This document shows positions 28,148-38,056 of a DNA stretch of 64,000 nt, one piece after another; within the stretch, counting starts at the first letter, position 1, and the number at the start of each line of letters is the position of its first letter. The DNA is from Armatimonadota bacterium (GTDB taxonomy: Bacteria; Armatimonadota; SYMT01). The stretch covers positions 149,340 through 213,339 of the forward strand of contig JBKBRF010000005.1 in assembly GCA_046292385.1 (NCBI GenBank). The letters run 5' to 3'. Under the pieces are notes generated by a model that made no database searches, was not told the DNA's origin, and saw only the letters and a program-made list of their open reading frames with translations. The position numbers were made by a program, and so were the translations under genes.

Positions 28148-29235
28148 CCGACGCGACGACCCACCTGCTGCGGCAGCATGCCGAGCAGCAATTTGCCCAC
28201 GAGCTGGACGAGCTTTCGCGCGCCGACGAGCGGGAGCGCCCCCCGAGCTGGCGACTCTCCCCCTGGGCGGTCTCGATCTACCTCCTCGGCGGCACGCTCC
28301 CCAACGGCTTTGAGGTCTCGCCGAAGTACATCGGCAGCCGCCGGTTGATGGAGATCGCCATCGCCACGCTCGCGACCGACCGCGCCCTCCTGCTGCTGGG
28401 GGTACCCGGAACGGCGAAGAGCTGGGTCTCCGAGCACCTCGCCGCGGCAATCTCCGGCGACTCGACGCTGCTGGTCCAGGGCACCGCCGGCACCGGTGAA
28501 GAGGCGATCCGCTACGGCTGGAACTACGCGCGGCTGCTGGCAGAGGGCCCCTCCCCCGCCGCCCTCGTCTCCAGCCCGGTGATGCAGGCGATGCGGGACG
28601 GCAAGATCGCCCGCGTGGAGGAGCTGACCCGCATCCCGGCCGACGTGCAGGACACCCTGATCACGATCCTTTCCGAGAAGACCCTGCCGATTCCGGAGCT
28701 CGCCTCCGAGGTGCAGGCGGTAAAGGGCTTCAACGTCATCGCCACGGCCAACCACCGCGACCGCGGCGTGAACGAGCTCTCCAGCGCGCTCAAGCGGCGC
28801 TTCAATACCGTCGTGCTGCCGGTGCCCGAGTCCGCCGACGACGAAGTGGAGATCGTCCGCCGCCGGGTCGACGACCTCGGCCGGGCGCTCCAGCTTCCGG
28901 CGGAGCCGCCCGCCCTGGAGGAGATCCGGCGGGTCGTGACGATCTTCCGGGAGCTGCGGGAAGGCGTTACCAGCGACGGCAAGACCCGTCTGAAGGTCCC
29001 GAGCGGCTCGCTGAGCACCGCGGAGGTGATCTCCGTCGTAACCAGCGGCCTCGCCATGGCCGGGCACTTCGGAGACGGCCGCCTGAACGCGCCGGACCTG
29101 GCCGCGGGGGTGGTCGGCGCGGTGGTGCGGGACCCGGTCCAGGACCGCCTGGTCTGGCAGGAGTACCTGGAGACCGTCATGAAAGAGCGCGACGGCTGGA
29201 AGGACCTCTACCGGGCGTTCCGGGAGATCAGCTAA
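28144..29235 (+). CDS. MoxR-type AAA+ ATPase (YehL-like)
   Basis: LLLGVPGTAKSWVSEHL (Walker A variant), RVEELTR, ATAN.RD.GVNELSSALKRRF. Confidence 0.9.
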   Translation: MTDATTHLLRQHAEQQFAHELDELSRADERERPPSWRLSPWAVSIYLLGGTLPNGFEVSPKYIGSRRLMEIAIATLATDRALLLLGVPGTAKSWVSEHLAAAISGDSTLLVQGTAGTGEEAIRYGWNYARLLAEGPSPAALVSSPVMQAMRDGKIARVEELTRIPADVQDTLITILSEKTLPIPELASEVQAVKGFNVIATANHRDRGVNELSSALKRRFNTVVLPVPESADDEVEIVRRRVDDLGRALQLPAEPPALEEIRRVVTIFRELREGVTSDGKTRLKVPSGSLSTAEVISVVTSGLAMAGHFGDGRLNAPDLAAGVVGAVVRDPVQDRLVWQEYLETVMKERDGWKDLYRAFREIS

Positions 29236-29312
29236 GCGAAGGGGTAGGAAGTAACGCCAGCCTTTTCGACCGGCAGGTCTGAGCCCCGTAAGCTTTCGGG
29301 ACTTCACTCCGT

Positions 29313-29337
29313 GTAGCCTCGACTTTAGTCCGAGGCG
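29313..29337 (+). repeat. GTAG-type REP
   Basis: GTAGCCTCGACTTTAGTCCGAGGCG, identical in inverted form to 22739-22763. Confidence 0.75.
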
Positions 29338-29393
29338 AAAGCGGCCAATCACCGCAGCGTACCCGTTAGCAGCCCGCCGGCCCGCCGTGAAAC

Positions 29394-29427
29394 GGAAGGG
29401 GCGAGACCTTTCGGCCTCGCCCCTTCC
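29394..29427 (-). terminator. intrinsic terminator after the secretin gene
   Basis: Minus strand GGAAGGGGCGAGGCC-GAAA-GGTCTCGCCCCTTCC followed by GTTTC. Confidence 0.7.
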
Positions 29428-29452
29428 TCGTGTTCTTCAGTTGTCGTGCAGC

Positions 29453-31333
29453 TTACGGGGCGGTCGGGGTGCCCGGAGGAACCGGAGCGCCCTCGCCCGG
29501 CTCCAGGAGACTGACGGTCAGGAAGATCGTCACTTCCGACTTCCGCTTCGAGTTGTTCCGGTGCTTGAACAGCTCGCCGAGCACCGGAATGTTGGACAGG
29601 AACGGCACGCGGGTCATCACCTGGATGTCTTCCTCTCGGAGGAGGCCGCCGATGGCGATCGTCTGGCCGTCTTCCAGCATCAGCACGCTCTCCGCTTCGC
29701 GGGTAGCGGTGATCGGGATATCCCGGTTCCGGCCGCTGAAGCCGGTCACCATGCTCACCATCGGGTGGACCCGCAGGGTGATGCGGCCGTCCGTGTTGAC
29801 GCGCGGCCGGGTGAGCAGCGCGACCCCGACCGGGACCGTCTCGATGGTGAAGGTCTGGCCGATCTCGGTCACGCTCACCAGCCGCTCGTAGCGGAGGATG
29901 TCACCGATGAAGATGCTGGCATCCTCGCCATCCACGACCGAGATCGCGGGACGGGCCAGCACGCGGGCGACCCGCTCCTGCTCGAACGCCTGCAGCGTGG
30001 CGTCGAGCCCCTCGCGGCGGAACGATCCGACCCGGAACGGCGAGATGCCGCCGCCCGCCAGCTCGCCGATGCGGATACCCGAGGGCGAGGCGAAGTTGTA
30101 GGTGATGCCGAGCTGCTTGATCCGCTCCGGAGAGATGTCGACCACCCGCGCCTCGATCAGCACCTGCGCCGGGGCGACGTCGAGCTCTCCGATGACCTGC
30201 GTTGCCTGCTCCACCTGGTCGCGCTCGCCGGCAATGATCACCACGCGAGAGCGGTTGCCCGGGGCGTTCAGGTTCACGGTGCCGCCACCGGCGCCGCCCG
30301 CACCCCCGCCGCCGCCCGCACCGCCTCCGCCGCCGGCGCCGCCGGCTCCCCCGGCTCCCCCGCCACCGGTGTTACCCTGAAGGCCGGCCTCGTTGAAGGC
30401 GCGCTGGGTGTCCACGCCCACCGGCCGGAAGGTGGCCGGGGTCGGCGAGTAGGACTCGAAGCCCGCGGTCACCACCAGGTCGGGAAAGACCTGCTTGAGC
30501 GTGGCGCTCGCCTGGTGCGGGTGGACGTACTTCAGCGTGTAGGCGCGCACCGTGCGTTCCGGCGCCTCCTCCACGTCGAGCGCGGTCACCAGCTTGGCGG
30601 CGAGCGCGTGTTGGTCCTGCGTGCCTTCGATGACGAGATTGCGGTCGACGGAGACGACCTTCAACTCCGGGAACGCCTTGCGGACCGCATCCGCTACTGT
30701 GTCCGACTCGGCGAACTTCAGGACATAGGTGTCCTTCATCTTCACCGGCGCAGGCGGCGGTGCGACCGGCATCGGGGGGGGCGCCATGTCGAGCCCGCCG
30801 ACGAGCTGTACCGCCGCGTCCACGTCCTCCGCGCGCCCGGAGAGCGCCAGCACCTTCCCGGCAGCTTCCGCGGTCACGTAGGGCAGCGCGTTCTGGATCA
30901 GGGTCTTCGCCTGGTCCGCGGGCAGGTGGTTCAGCGTCAGCGTCCGCCGCGTGCCGCTGCGCGCCACCAGGCCTCGCAGCTCCTCGGTCGAGCCGATGAA
31001 GTAGGTGTTCTCCACCTTGATCACGTCGCTGCCGACGGCGACGGCCACCTTCTTGAGCGCGTCCTCCACGGTGGCATCCATGAGCCGGATGGTGACCATG
31101 CCCTTGACGCTGGGCATCAGCACCACGTCGACGCCGCTCTGGATCGAGAGCGCCTTGGTGACGACGTTCACATCACCCTGGGTGAACTCCAGACGGACCC
31201 GGCGCTCCGCTTTGGCGGCGGCTTGCTGCCCGGCGTAGCTGACGGCAGGCATGCCCACCCCCAGGACTACGGTACCGGCCAGGACCAACGCCGCCATTCC
31301 GCGCGGGGCTCTTCCCAACGCTGACGGGTTCAT
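29453..31333 (-). CDS. secretin (GspD/PilQ family)
   Basis: Signal peptide, repeated N-domains, QVLIEARVVDI, VLARP.I...DG..A.I.IG, GQTIAIGGL, VPFLS.IPVLGELFK. Confidence 0.92.
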   Translation of the reverse strand: MNPSALGRAPRGMAALVLAGTVVLGVGMPAVSYAGQQAAAKAERRVRLEFTQGDVNVVTKALSIQSGVDVVLMPSVKGMVTIRLMDATVEDALKKVAVAVGSDVIKVENTYFIGSTEELRGLVARSGTRRTLTLNHLPADQAKTLIQNALPYVTAEAAGKVLALSGRAEDVDAAVQLVGGLDMAPPPMPVAPPPAPVKMKDTYVLKFAESDTVADAVRKAFPELKVVSVDRNLVIEGTQDQHALAAKLVTALDVEEAPERTVRAYTLKYVHPHQASATLKQVFPDLVVTAGFESYSPTPATFRPVGVDTQRAFNEAGLQGNTGGGGAGGAGGAGGGGGAGGGGGAGGAGGGTVNLNAPGNRSRVVIIAGERDQVEQATQVIGELDVAPAQVLIEARVVDISPERIKQLGITYNFASPSGIRIGELAGGGISPFRVGSFRREGLDATLQAFEQERVARVLARPAISVVDGEDASIFIGDILRYERLVSVTEIGQTFTIETVPVGVALLTRPRVNTDGRITLRVHPMVSMVTGFSGRNRDIPITATREAESVLMLEDGQTIAIGGLLREEDIQVMTRVPFLSNIPVLGELFKHRNNSKRKSEVTIFLTVSLLEPGEGAPVPPGTPTAP

Positions 31334-32043
31334 TGACTGTTGCCTCCTCTTAGCGGGATTTCGACCCGCTGTTCACTTCCTGCCTTGCCGGAAAGTCGCA
31401 GCGTCACGGAGCGCTCCCGGATCTCATCCAAACGCCAGGTATCGGCGATCAGGTCGCCGGCCTTCAGGAACATCGTCTGCTCGTTCCACCGCAGCACCGC
31501 CAGCGCGGGATCGCCCTGGATGATGCCGGTGAGGGTGAGGCCTTCCGGCAGCGCCGGCAGCCGCTTGGACGCCGGCGGACTCGCCGGCCCCTCCGTCGGT
31601 GCCGCTCCCGGCGCGGCGGGAGCGACGGGGCGCGCGGGCTTTGCCTCCGTCACCCGGGCGCTCGCCCGCTCCTGCGGCGTCGCGCCCCCGGCCTCGGACT
31701 GCGCCGCGGGCGCAGAGACACCGCCCTGCGGCAGGAACGGGTTCGGCGGCGGCGTCGCGTCGATCCCCGGCACCGCCGGAGAGTCCGCGCCCGACGGAAC
31801 TCCGGCGGAGCGGGTGGAGACCAGCGCCAGCGACAGCTCGGAGTCTTCCCCCGCGTCGGCCAGCGGATCGGCCACCGGCGCGGAGAGCGTCTCTTCCGGC
31901 AGCGGCGGGGTGAGCGCCTGGTTCAGCGCCCAGCCGCCCGCGCCGCCGACCAGCAGCACGGCGCCGACCCAGATCCCCAGCGGCGCGCGGCGCGGCCCGG
32001 CCGGCGGCGTCGCGGGCGCCCCCTTCGGCAGCAGCAAGCTCAT
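31330..32043 (-). CDS. PilP/GspC-like accessory protein
   Basis: Single TM, Pro/Ala-rich linker, NPF motif, L.LTGII.G...LAVL beta domain. Coupled to the secretin gene. Confidence 0.6.
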   Translation of the reverse strand: MSLLLPKGAPATPPAGPRRAPLGIWVGAVLLVGGAGGWALNQALTPPLPEETLSAPVADPLADAGEDSELSLALVSTRSAGVPSGADSPAVPGIDATPPPNPFLPQGGVSAPAAQSEAGGATPQERASARVTEAKPARPVAPAAPGAAPTEGPASPPASKRLPALPEGLTLTGIIQGDPALAVLRWNEQTMFLKAGDLIADTWRLDEIRERSVTLRLSGKAGSEQRVEIPLRGGNSQ

Positions 32044-32774
32044 CGCACCTCCTCCGGATCCGGCTGCGCGGCGACCGCGTTCATCGGCGTGGAGATCGGG
32101 GGACGCTCCGGAGTGACCGGAGCGGACTCGACCGCCGGCTCCGTGTCGGAGCCCGGCTCCCGCACTGCGAAGACGGTGGCGACGAGAGAAACGCGGACGA
32201 GCGGCTCCTGCTTGTCGCGGCCGACAGCGGTGACCTCCCACTTATCCGGCACGAAGAGCCGCTGCTGCCCACAGAGCGTCGCCACGGTACGGTACAGGCT
32301 GTCGAAGCTCCCGGCGAGCACCACGTTCACGGAGCGCGGCCGGATCTCGCCTTCGTCCCCCTCTGCCGCGCCCGCCGCCACCGGGACCGCCAGGGCGCGC
32401 CAGCGCGACGACGCGCGGGAGAGCAGCCGGGTCTTCAACACCTTCGCCCCGTGCCGGCGGGCGGCGCTCTGCACCACCCGGTCGTAGCGGGTGAGCTCGT
32501 CCTCGGTGAAGACCTTCCGCCCGGTCCGCTGCCACTCGGAGAGCCGGGAGTTCATGGCGCGCACGGTGGCGAGCCGGTCCGACAGCTCCTGCTCCCGCTC
32601 CCGCAGGATCGAGAGCGAGAGGCGGGATCCGTCTACCGCCACCCACTGCGGCCAGATCAGCACCGCGCCCGAGATGGCGGAGAATGCTGCCAACAGGGAA
32701 ACGTGCAGGGCCGCCCGCTGCCACGGGAGGCGCCGGGGGCGTCGCTGCGGAAGTGCGTGGACCGTCTCTTCCAT
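32040..32774 (-). CDS. PilO-like protein
   Basis: TM, coiled coil, then V.LAGSF..L ferredoxin-like region. Operon position fits. Confidence 0.6.
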   Translation of the reverse strand: MEETVHALPQRRPRRLPWQRAALHVSLLAAFSAISGAVLIWPQWVAVDGSRLSLSILREREQELSDRLATVRAMNSRLSEWQRTGRKVFTEDELTRYDRVVQSAARRHGAKVLKTRLLSRASSRWRALAVPVAAGAAEGDEGEIRPRSVNVVLAGSFDSLYRTVATLCGQQRLFVPDKWEVTAVGRDKQEPLVRVSLVATVFAVREPGSDTEPAVESAPVTPERPPISTPMNAVAAQPDPEEVR

Positions 32775-32776
32775 GG

Positions 32777-33313
32777 CTACTCCCCCATCCAGCGTCCCGC
32801 CAGCTCCGCCTTCGCGGCGACGCCGTGCACCGGGGCTGCGTATTCAACGTACGGCGACTGGCGCAGCGCCTCGGCATACGCGTCGAGCGCTTCCGGAGAG
32901 GAGCCGGCCACCTCCGCGCGGAAGCGGCCCCCGTTCCCGCTCAGGCGGGTGGTCCAGACCCCCGCGGGCCGGCGGCGGCTGAGCTCTCCGATCGCGGTGC
33001 TCCACGGCACGCCCGGGCGCGCTTCGATCGCCGCCACGTAGCGGTCGACCGCCCGGCGGAACTGCATGCGCGCCGTGCGGCGGTGCTGGAGGAACTCGAG
33101 CGTGGAGCGCGTGCTGCGGAGGGACGCGTCGGCCTCCGCGCGCTGACGGTCCAGCTCCCGGACCTGGCTGCGCAGGCTCCACGCCCACGGCAGCGAGACG
33201 CCGACGACCAGCGCCAGGCTGGCTGCCGCGATGGCGGCGTCAGCCGGGCCGAAGCTCCACCGGGCCGGCGCCGGCTCTTCGACGACTTGAGACTCAGGGT
33301 TTGCGGTCTGCAT
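32777..33313 (-). CDS. PilN-domain protein
   Basis: TM, coiled coil, W...I.ELS...P.GVW...L...LRQSPY. Start uncertain. Confidence 0.65.
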   Translation of the reverse strand: MQTANPESQVVEEPAPARWSFGPADAAIAAASLALVVGVSLPWAWSLRSQVRELDRQRAEADASLRSTRSTLEFLQHRRTARMQFRRAVDRYVAAIEARPGVPWSTAIGELSRRRPAGVWTTRLSGNGGRFRAEVAGSSPEALDAYAEALRQSPYVEYAAPVHGVAAKAELAGRWMGE

Positions 33314-33434
33314 TCGGGTTCTCGCCCGGTGGGGAGGGCCGGGCAAACCGAATTCTGGCAAGCACCGGGCTACTCTGGAGGGCAAACTACGCCACCGGGT
33401 CAAACAGGCAGGCGGTCGGAGGGGAAGAGAGAGG

Positions 33435-33590
33435 GAGTGGGCGCAAGGGAGAGTGGCTCTTAAAGGCTAAAGGCAGAAGGCTAAAGGCAAAAGTGCACCC
33501 TCCGTACGCGGAGACTCCTACTCCTGCTCACGGAGGGCTCGGACTCATCCCTTATCCTTCATCGTTCATCCCTCTCCCTTGCTCTCACTC
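33435..33590. repeat. dispersed MITE-like element, copy C
   Basis: GAGTGGGCGCAAGGGAGAG...CTCTCCCTTGCTCTCACTC ends. Interior has AAGGC(T/A)N and TCATCC heptamers. Confidence 0.7.
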
Positions 33591-33600
33591 GGTCCCGAAT

Positions 33601-34158
33601 ATGGAAGAGCTTTCGCCGCTGGAGCCGCTGATCGCGGAGGACCTGGACCTGCTGTTCGTCGGCATCAACCCGAGCCTCAAGTCGGCGCGGGTCGGTCACT
33701 ACTACGCGGGTCCGGGGAACCTGTTCTGGCGGTGCCTGCACGAGAGCGGCCTCACGCCGTACCGCCTGCAGCCCACGGAGGACCGCAAGCTGCTGCAGTG
33801 GGGCATGGGAATCACGGACTGTGTTCCCCGCCCCTCGCGCAACGCAGCCGAGGTAAAGCGGCACGAGTTCCGCGAGGCGGCGCCGCTCTTGCTGGCCCGG
33901 ATCGAGAGCCTGCGGCCGAAGATCATCTGCTTCAACGGGCTCACCGGTTACCGCGGCGCGATCGATCCAGAGGGACGGCTCGGGCTGCAGGAGCGGAGGT
34001 TGGGTGGAGCGCTCGTCTTCGTGGTCCCCTCCACCAGCGCCGCGAACGCCGGCTTTTCCCGCGAAGAGCGGGTGGAGTGGTTCCGGCGGCTGAAGGAGCT
34101 GGTCGACCGCGTCCGAGCCGGCGAAAGCAGCCGTCCGGCGGGCGATATACTAACGTAG
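33601..34158 (+). CDS. mug: G:T/U mismatch-specific DNA glycosylase
   Basis: FVGINPS..SA..GHYYAGPGN.FW, GITD, VVPSTSAAN. Confidence 0.9.
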   Translation: MEELSPLEPLIAEDLDLLFVGINPSLKSARVGHYYAGPGNLFWRCLHESGLTPYRLQPTEDRKLLQWGMGITDCVPRPSRNAAEVKRHEFREAAPLLLARIESLRPKIICFNGLTGYRGAIDPEGRLGLQERRLGGALVFVVPSTSAANAGFSREERVEWFRRLKELVDRVRAGESSRPAGDILT

Positions 34159-34202
34159 CGCCGGGAGAGACCCGGCCGAAGCTCACGAGGTAGGGAGCGT
34201 CG

Positions 34203-35195
34203 ATGATGGCGCAGGCAGCGGCGGTGGCGAGCCCGGTCGAGCTGATCGAGGCGGAGCTCCAGGAAGTGGAGCGGGTGCTGGAAGAGGCCTCCGCGTCCGA
34301 GATCGAGGTCCTTCAAGAAGCCGCGCGCCACATCCTGAGCGCCGGCGGCAAGCGCGTGCGCCCGCAGCTCACGCTCCTCTCCACCCTCGCCGCCGGCGGG
34401 CCGCTGCAGCGCGCCATCCCCCTGGCCGCCGCTTGCGAGCTGGTGCACACCGCCACGCTGGTCCACGACGACATCGTCGACGACAGCGACAGCCGCCGCG
34501 GGCGGATGGCCGTGCAGTTCTACTTCGGCAACTCCGCCTCCGTGCTGATGGGCGATTACCTGGTGATCCGCTCCTTCTCGCTGGTGGGCGACGACCCGGA
34601 CCGGCGAGTCTGGCGGCTCATGGTCGACACTATCGCCCGCATGTGCGAGGGCGAGGTGCTGCAGATCTGCGTGAAGGGGGACACCGAGGCGACCGCCGAG
34701 ACCTACGAGACGGTGATCGAGTGCAAGACCGCGGTCCTGATCTCCGCCTGCGCCCGCTGCGGCGCGCTGATCTCCGACGCCGGCCCGGAGCTGGTGGAGG
34801 CGCTCTCCGACTTCGGCTACCACGTCGGCATGGCGTTCCAGATCCAGGACGACATCCTCGACTTCACCGGCAGCCTGGAGGTGCTCGGAAAGCCGGTCGG
34901 CGGCGACCTGCGCGAGGGAAAGGTCACGCTGCCGGTCATTTACGCGCTACAGACCGCCCTGCCGGCCGATAAAGATGAACTGGTCCGGATCTATGGAAAG
35001 TCGGGACCGCTCAGCGCGGAAGAGATCCGCCGCGCCACCGAGCTGATTGCCGACGCGGGCGGTTTCGAGCGAGCGCGCCAGCATGCCCGGAAGTATATCC
35101 GCCGCGCGCACGAGGAGCTGCGCCGCGTGCCGCCCGGCCCGGCGCGTGACGCGCTGGAAGCGCTCGCGGAGCAAATCGTCGATCGCCGCTTCTAG
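34203..35195 (+). CDS. long-chain polyprenyl diphosphate synthase (HepT/IspB family)
   Basis: GGKRVRP, LVHDDIVD....RRG, KTAVL, FQIQDDILD, GKPVG.DLREGK.TLP. Confidence 0.92.
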   Translation: MMAQAAAVASPVELIEAELQEVERVLEEASASEIEVLQEAARHILSAGGKRVRPQLTLLSTLAAGGPLQRAIPLAAACELVHTATLVHDDIVDDSDSRRGRMAVQFYFGNSASVLMGDYLVIRSFSLVGDDPDRRVWRLMVDTIARMCEGEVLQICVKGDTEATAETYETVIECKTAVLISACARCGALISDAGPELVEALSDFGYHVGMAFQIQDDILDFTGSLEVLGKPVGGDLREGKVTLPVIYALQTALPADKDELVRIYGKSGPLSAEEIRRATELIADAGGFERARQHARKYIRRAHEELRRVPPGPARDALEALAEQIVDRRF

Positions 35196-35198
35196 CCG

Positions 35199-35696
35199 AT
35201 GTCCAACCCCCTCAGCCACGTCGACGACCAGGGCCAGGCCCGCATGGTGGACGTCTCCGCCAAGCCGGAGACGCGCCGGGTCGCCGTGGCGGAGGGCCGC
35301 GTGCGGATGCAGCCGGAGACCGCCGAGCTGATCCGGCAAAACCGGATCGCGAAGGGAGACGTGCTGACGGTGGCGAAGGTGGCCGGGGTGATGGCGAGCA
35401 AGCAGACGTCCGCCCTGATACCGATGTGCCATCCGCTGCCGCTCTCCGATCTCCAGCTGGAGCTGGAGCTGGAAGCAGACCGGGTGGAGATCCGCGCCAC
35501 CGCCGTGACCGTCGGCCGCACCGGCGTGGAGATGGAGGCGCTCACCGCCGTCTCGGTGGCGGCGCTGACCCTCTACGACATGTGCAAGGCGGTGGACCGC
35601 GGCATGGTGCTGGACGGAATCCGCCTCGTCAGCAAGACGGGCGGCAAGAGCGACTGGAGCGCGGAGAGCGCCGAGACCTCTGGGGAGAACTCCTAG
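35199..35696 (+). CDS. moaC: cyclic pyranopterin monophosphate synthase
   Basis: [39 protein letters not shown]. Confidence 0.95.
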   Translation: MSNPLSHVDDQGQARMVDVSAKPETRRVAVAEGRVRMQPETAELIRQNRIAKGDVLTVAKVAGVMASKQTSALIPMCHPLPLSDLQLELELEADRVEIRATAVTVGRTGVEMEALTAVSVAALTLYDMCKAVDRGMVLDGIRLVSKTGGKSDWSAESAETSGENS

Positions 35697-35697
35697 C

Positions 35698-36384
35698 GTG
35701 GCCAAGGAGAACCAGGTACCACTTCCCGCGCTCGAGCGGCTCTCGACCTACATCCGCTCTCTGATCCAACTGGAACACGACGGGATAGAGTTCGTCTCGT
35801 CCCAGGACATGCAGGCCCACACCGGCGTCAGCGCGGCCCAGTTCCGGAAAGACCTCTCCTACTTTGGCGAGTTCGGCAAGCGCGGCATCGGCTACAACGT
35901 CAAGGAGCTGCACGCCCGCATCGCGCAGCTCCTCAATATCGATGAGGAACAGAACGTCCTCTTGGTCGGCGCCGGGCACCTGGGCTCGGCGCTTATTGCG
36001 TACCCCGGCTGGCGCGCCTACCGCTTCAAGATCGCGGCCGTCTTCGACCGCGACCCGGAGCGGATCGGCTCCACCATTCGCCGCCTCACCATCCACGACA
36101 TCGCGGAGCTGGAGGCGGTGAACCGCACGGTCGGCGCCCGCATCGCCATCCTCGCCATCCCCGCGTGGGAGGCCCAGGGCATCGCGGAACGGTTGGTCGC
36201 CTCCGGTATCCGCGGCATCATCAACTTCGCCCCGATCAAGCTCCAGGTGCCGGAGAAGGTAGTGGTGCGGGAGGTCTGCTTCATCTGCGAGCTCGCCATC
36301 TCCTCCCACCTGATCCACCACCAGCCCGAGCCGAACGGAAGCCAGCAGCCTGCTGCTGACGCGGAGCCCGGCACGGGTGCTTAA
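35698..36384 (+). CDS. rex: redox-sensing transcriptional repressor Rex
   Basis: RL..Y.R, QFRKDLSYFGEFGKRGIGY, LVGAGHLGSAL, INFAP. Confidence 0.95.
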   Translation: MAKENQVPLPALERLSTYIRSLIQLEHDGIEFVSSQDMQAHTGVSAAQFRKDLSYFGEFGKRGIGYNVKELHARIAQLLNIDEEQNVLLVGAGHLGSALIAYPGWRAYRFKIAAVFDRDPERIGSTIRRLTIHDIAELEAVNRTVGARIAILAIPAWEAQGIAERLVASGIRGIINFAPIKLQVPEKVVVREVCFICELAISSHLIHHQPEPNGSQQPAADAEPGTGA

Positions 36385-36533
36385 TCCGGAGCTCCAGGTA
36401 AACCAGTCGGGAGTGGTGATCGTCCCGGCCTACGTTCCATCGTCGGCGGTGCGGTCGAACCCCGACTTTCGGGTAACCGCACTCGCGCACAGCTTTGGAG
36501 AGCCGCGGCACGAGCGCCTCGTTTGCCGCCGTG

Positions 36534-37202
36534 CTAAAGATCTCGAGCCCCGGGGGAGGTATCTCCGCAGGCTCGATCCGAGGCACGTTGATGCTCTTCC
36601 CACCGCCGCTGCAACGCCGCTGACGATGGATCTGGTTCGGGGATCGCGATACCCCAGTTGCCGGCCGGGATGCCAAACTCCCACTCCACCAACCACACAA
36701 CTCCGGCTACCGAGGAATGCAGCCACCTTTCATCCTGGGCCCCCCACTCGTACCAGGACCGTAGGTAGCACCACTCACCAGGCCGGAGATACATCAACTG
36801 CAGCCGCTCCGGCATTGGCCGCTCTCTGTTGAGGCGATGGTAGGCTTTGGACCGCTGGTGCCCCGGCGGCAGGTCCAGCGTTTCTCCCGGTAGCACCTGC
36901 AAGCGCCCGAACTCGGCCGCGAGGTCGAAGAACCGCTCCAGGGCTTCCTCGTTATCTTCCGAGGTCTCCGCCAGGCCGCGCGCCCAGCCGGACTGCCAGT
37001 TCCCCGGCCGCGTCCACCAGAGCCAGGAGAGGAACTGCGAGAAGCGGGGCCGGTCTCCCTCCTCAATACCGTGAATGGTTAGCGCTGCCTCATAGCCGTT
37101 CAGATAGTGTTCCAGCTTGAGAATGGAGCGGTCGCCCAGGTACATCTCCAGGCGAGCCCGCATCTTCTGGAGATGATCATAGACACTCCCGAGCCTCTCC
37201 AT
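36534..37202 (-). CDS. hypothetical protein
   Basis: 222-aa ORF with GGAGG RBS and protein-like, Trp-rich composition. Confidence 0.6.
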   Translation of the reverse strand: MERLGSVYDHLQKMRARLEMYLGDRSILKLEHYLNGYEAALTIHGIEEGDRPRFSQFLSWLWWTRPGNWQSGWARGLAETSEDNEEALERFFDLAAEFGRLQVLPGETLDLPPGHQRSKAYHRLNRERPMPERLQLMYLRPGEWCYLRSWYEWGAQDERWLHSSVAGVVWLVEWEFGIPAGNWGIAIPEPDPSSAALQRRWEEHQRASDRACGDTSPGARDL

Positions 37203-37271
37203 CGGGTTCCTCCCACGGCTGCCGAGCCTGCGTGACGTTGCACGGCGTCGCCGATGTGCTGGCGAGCGGAG

Positions 37272-37520
37272 CTAGGGCCAGAAGCGCTCGTAGAAGAGGG
37301 TGTCGTAGAGCGTCTTGCCGGCGAGGGTGACGGCGAGCACGGCGGCCACGAGGTTCCGCACCGGGAGCCAGTCGGCCAGGAACGGCACCGGGAGGCGGGC
37401 GACCACCACCCAGACCAGGATGCCGACGGCGAGCGGGCGCAGGATGATCTCCAGCACGCGCAGGACGCGCCGCGCCAGGAGCAGGCTCCGCTTCACTTCC
37501 GCCGCCGACTGAGAGGGCAT
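37272..37520 (-). CDS. small membrane protein
   Basis: Two hydrophobic helices, ends GKTLYDTLFYERFWP. Confidence 0.6.
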   Translation of the reverse strand: MPSQSAAEVKRSLLLARRVLRVLEIILRPLAVGILVWVVVARLPVPFLADWLPVRNLVAAVLAVTLAGKTLYDTLFYERFWP

Positions 37521-37540
37521 GTCAGCAAGTCCGGCGCGAG

Positions 37541-38017
37541 CTACGGGGTCTCCTTCCGCAGCTCCAGCTCTTTGCCGCAGCAGACACAGGGACCGAAGTC
37601 GCTCGCGCTGATGTCGCAGACGCGGCAGTAGTACTGCCGGCGCAGCGGGGCCGGGTCGATCTCTTTGAACGACTGGATCTCCAGCAGCATCGAGCGGGGG
37701 AAGTGGCGCGCCTTCACCTCCAGCGCCTTTCCCTGCAGCTTCGCCTCGACCAGCTTCCGGTACTCGGAGTTATCGAAGAAGGTGTAGTACTGCCCCTCCG
37801 GCAGGGCCAGCGCCCACTGCGGCTCTCGCGCGCCGGTCGACCGGGCGCCGTACTTCCGGGCGAGCTCGTCCTGCAGGGAGACGAGCTTCCCCTGGAGCGT
37901 AACCTCCTTCAGGTCCCCGTAGCTCGACTCCGGCCCCTGCGCGCGCAGCGCCCCGGCCGCCGCGGCAGTCAGGGAGAGGGCGCAGAGGGTCCACGGGAGC
38001 CAGGGGGAGTACTTCAT
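37541..38017 (-). CDS. exported protein with C-terminal Cys-rich heavy-metal-binding motif
   Basis: Signal peptide. YYCRVC...GPCVCCGKEL. Confidence 0.7.
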   Translation of the reverse strand: MKYSPWLPWTLCALSLTAAAAGALRAQGPESSYGDLKEVTLQGKLVSLQDELARKYGARSTGAREPQWALALPEGQYYTFFDNSEYRKLVEAKLQGKALEVKARHFPRSMLLEIQSFKEIDPAPLRRQYYCRVCDISASDFGPCVCCGKELELRKETP

Positions 38018-38056
38018 GGGGAATAGCCCTCTCGGCTGGTCTGGAGCGGAAGACCG

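Noticed and set aside
36281..36700. Possible small gene between rex and the 222-aa ORF
   Set aside because: It overlaps both neighbours and has no clear RBS or motif.
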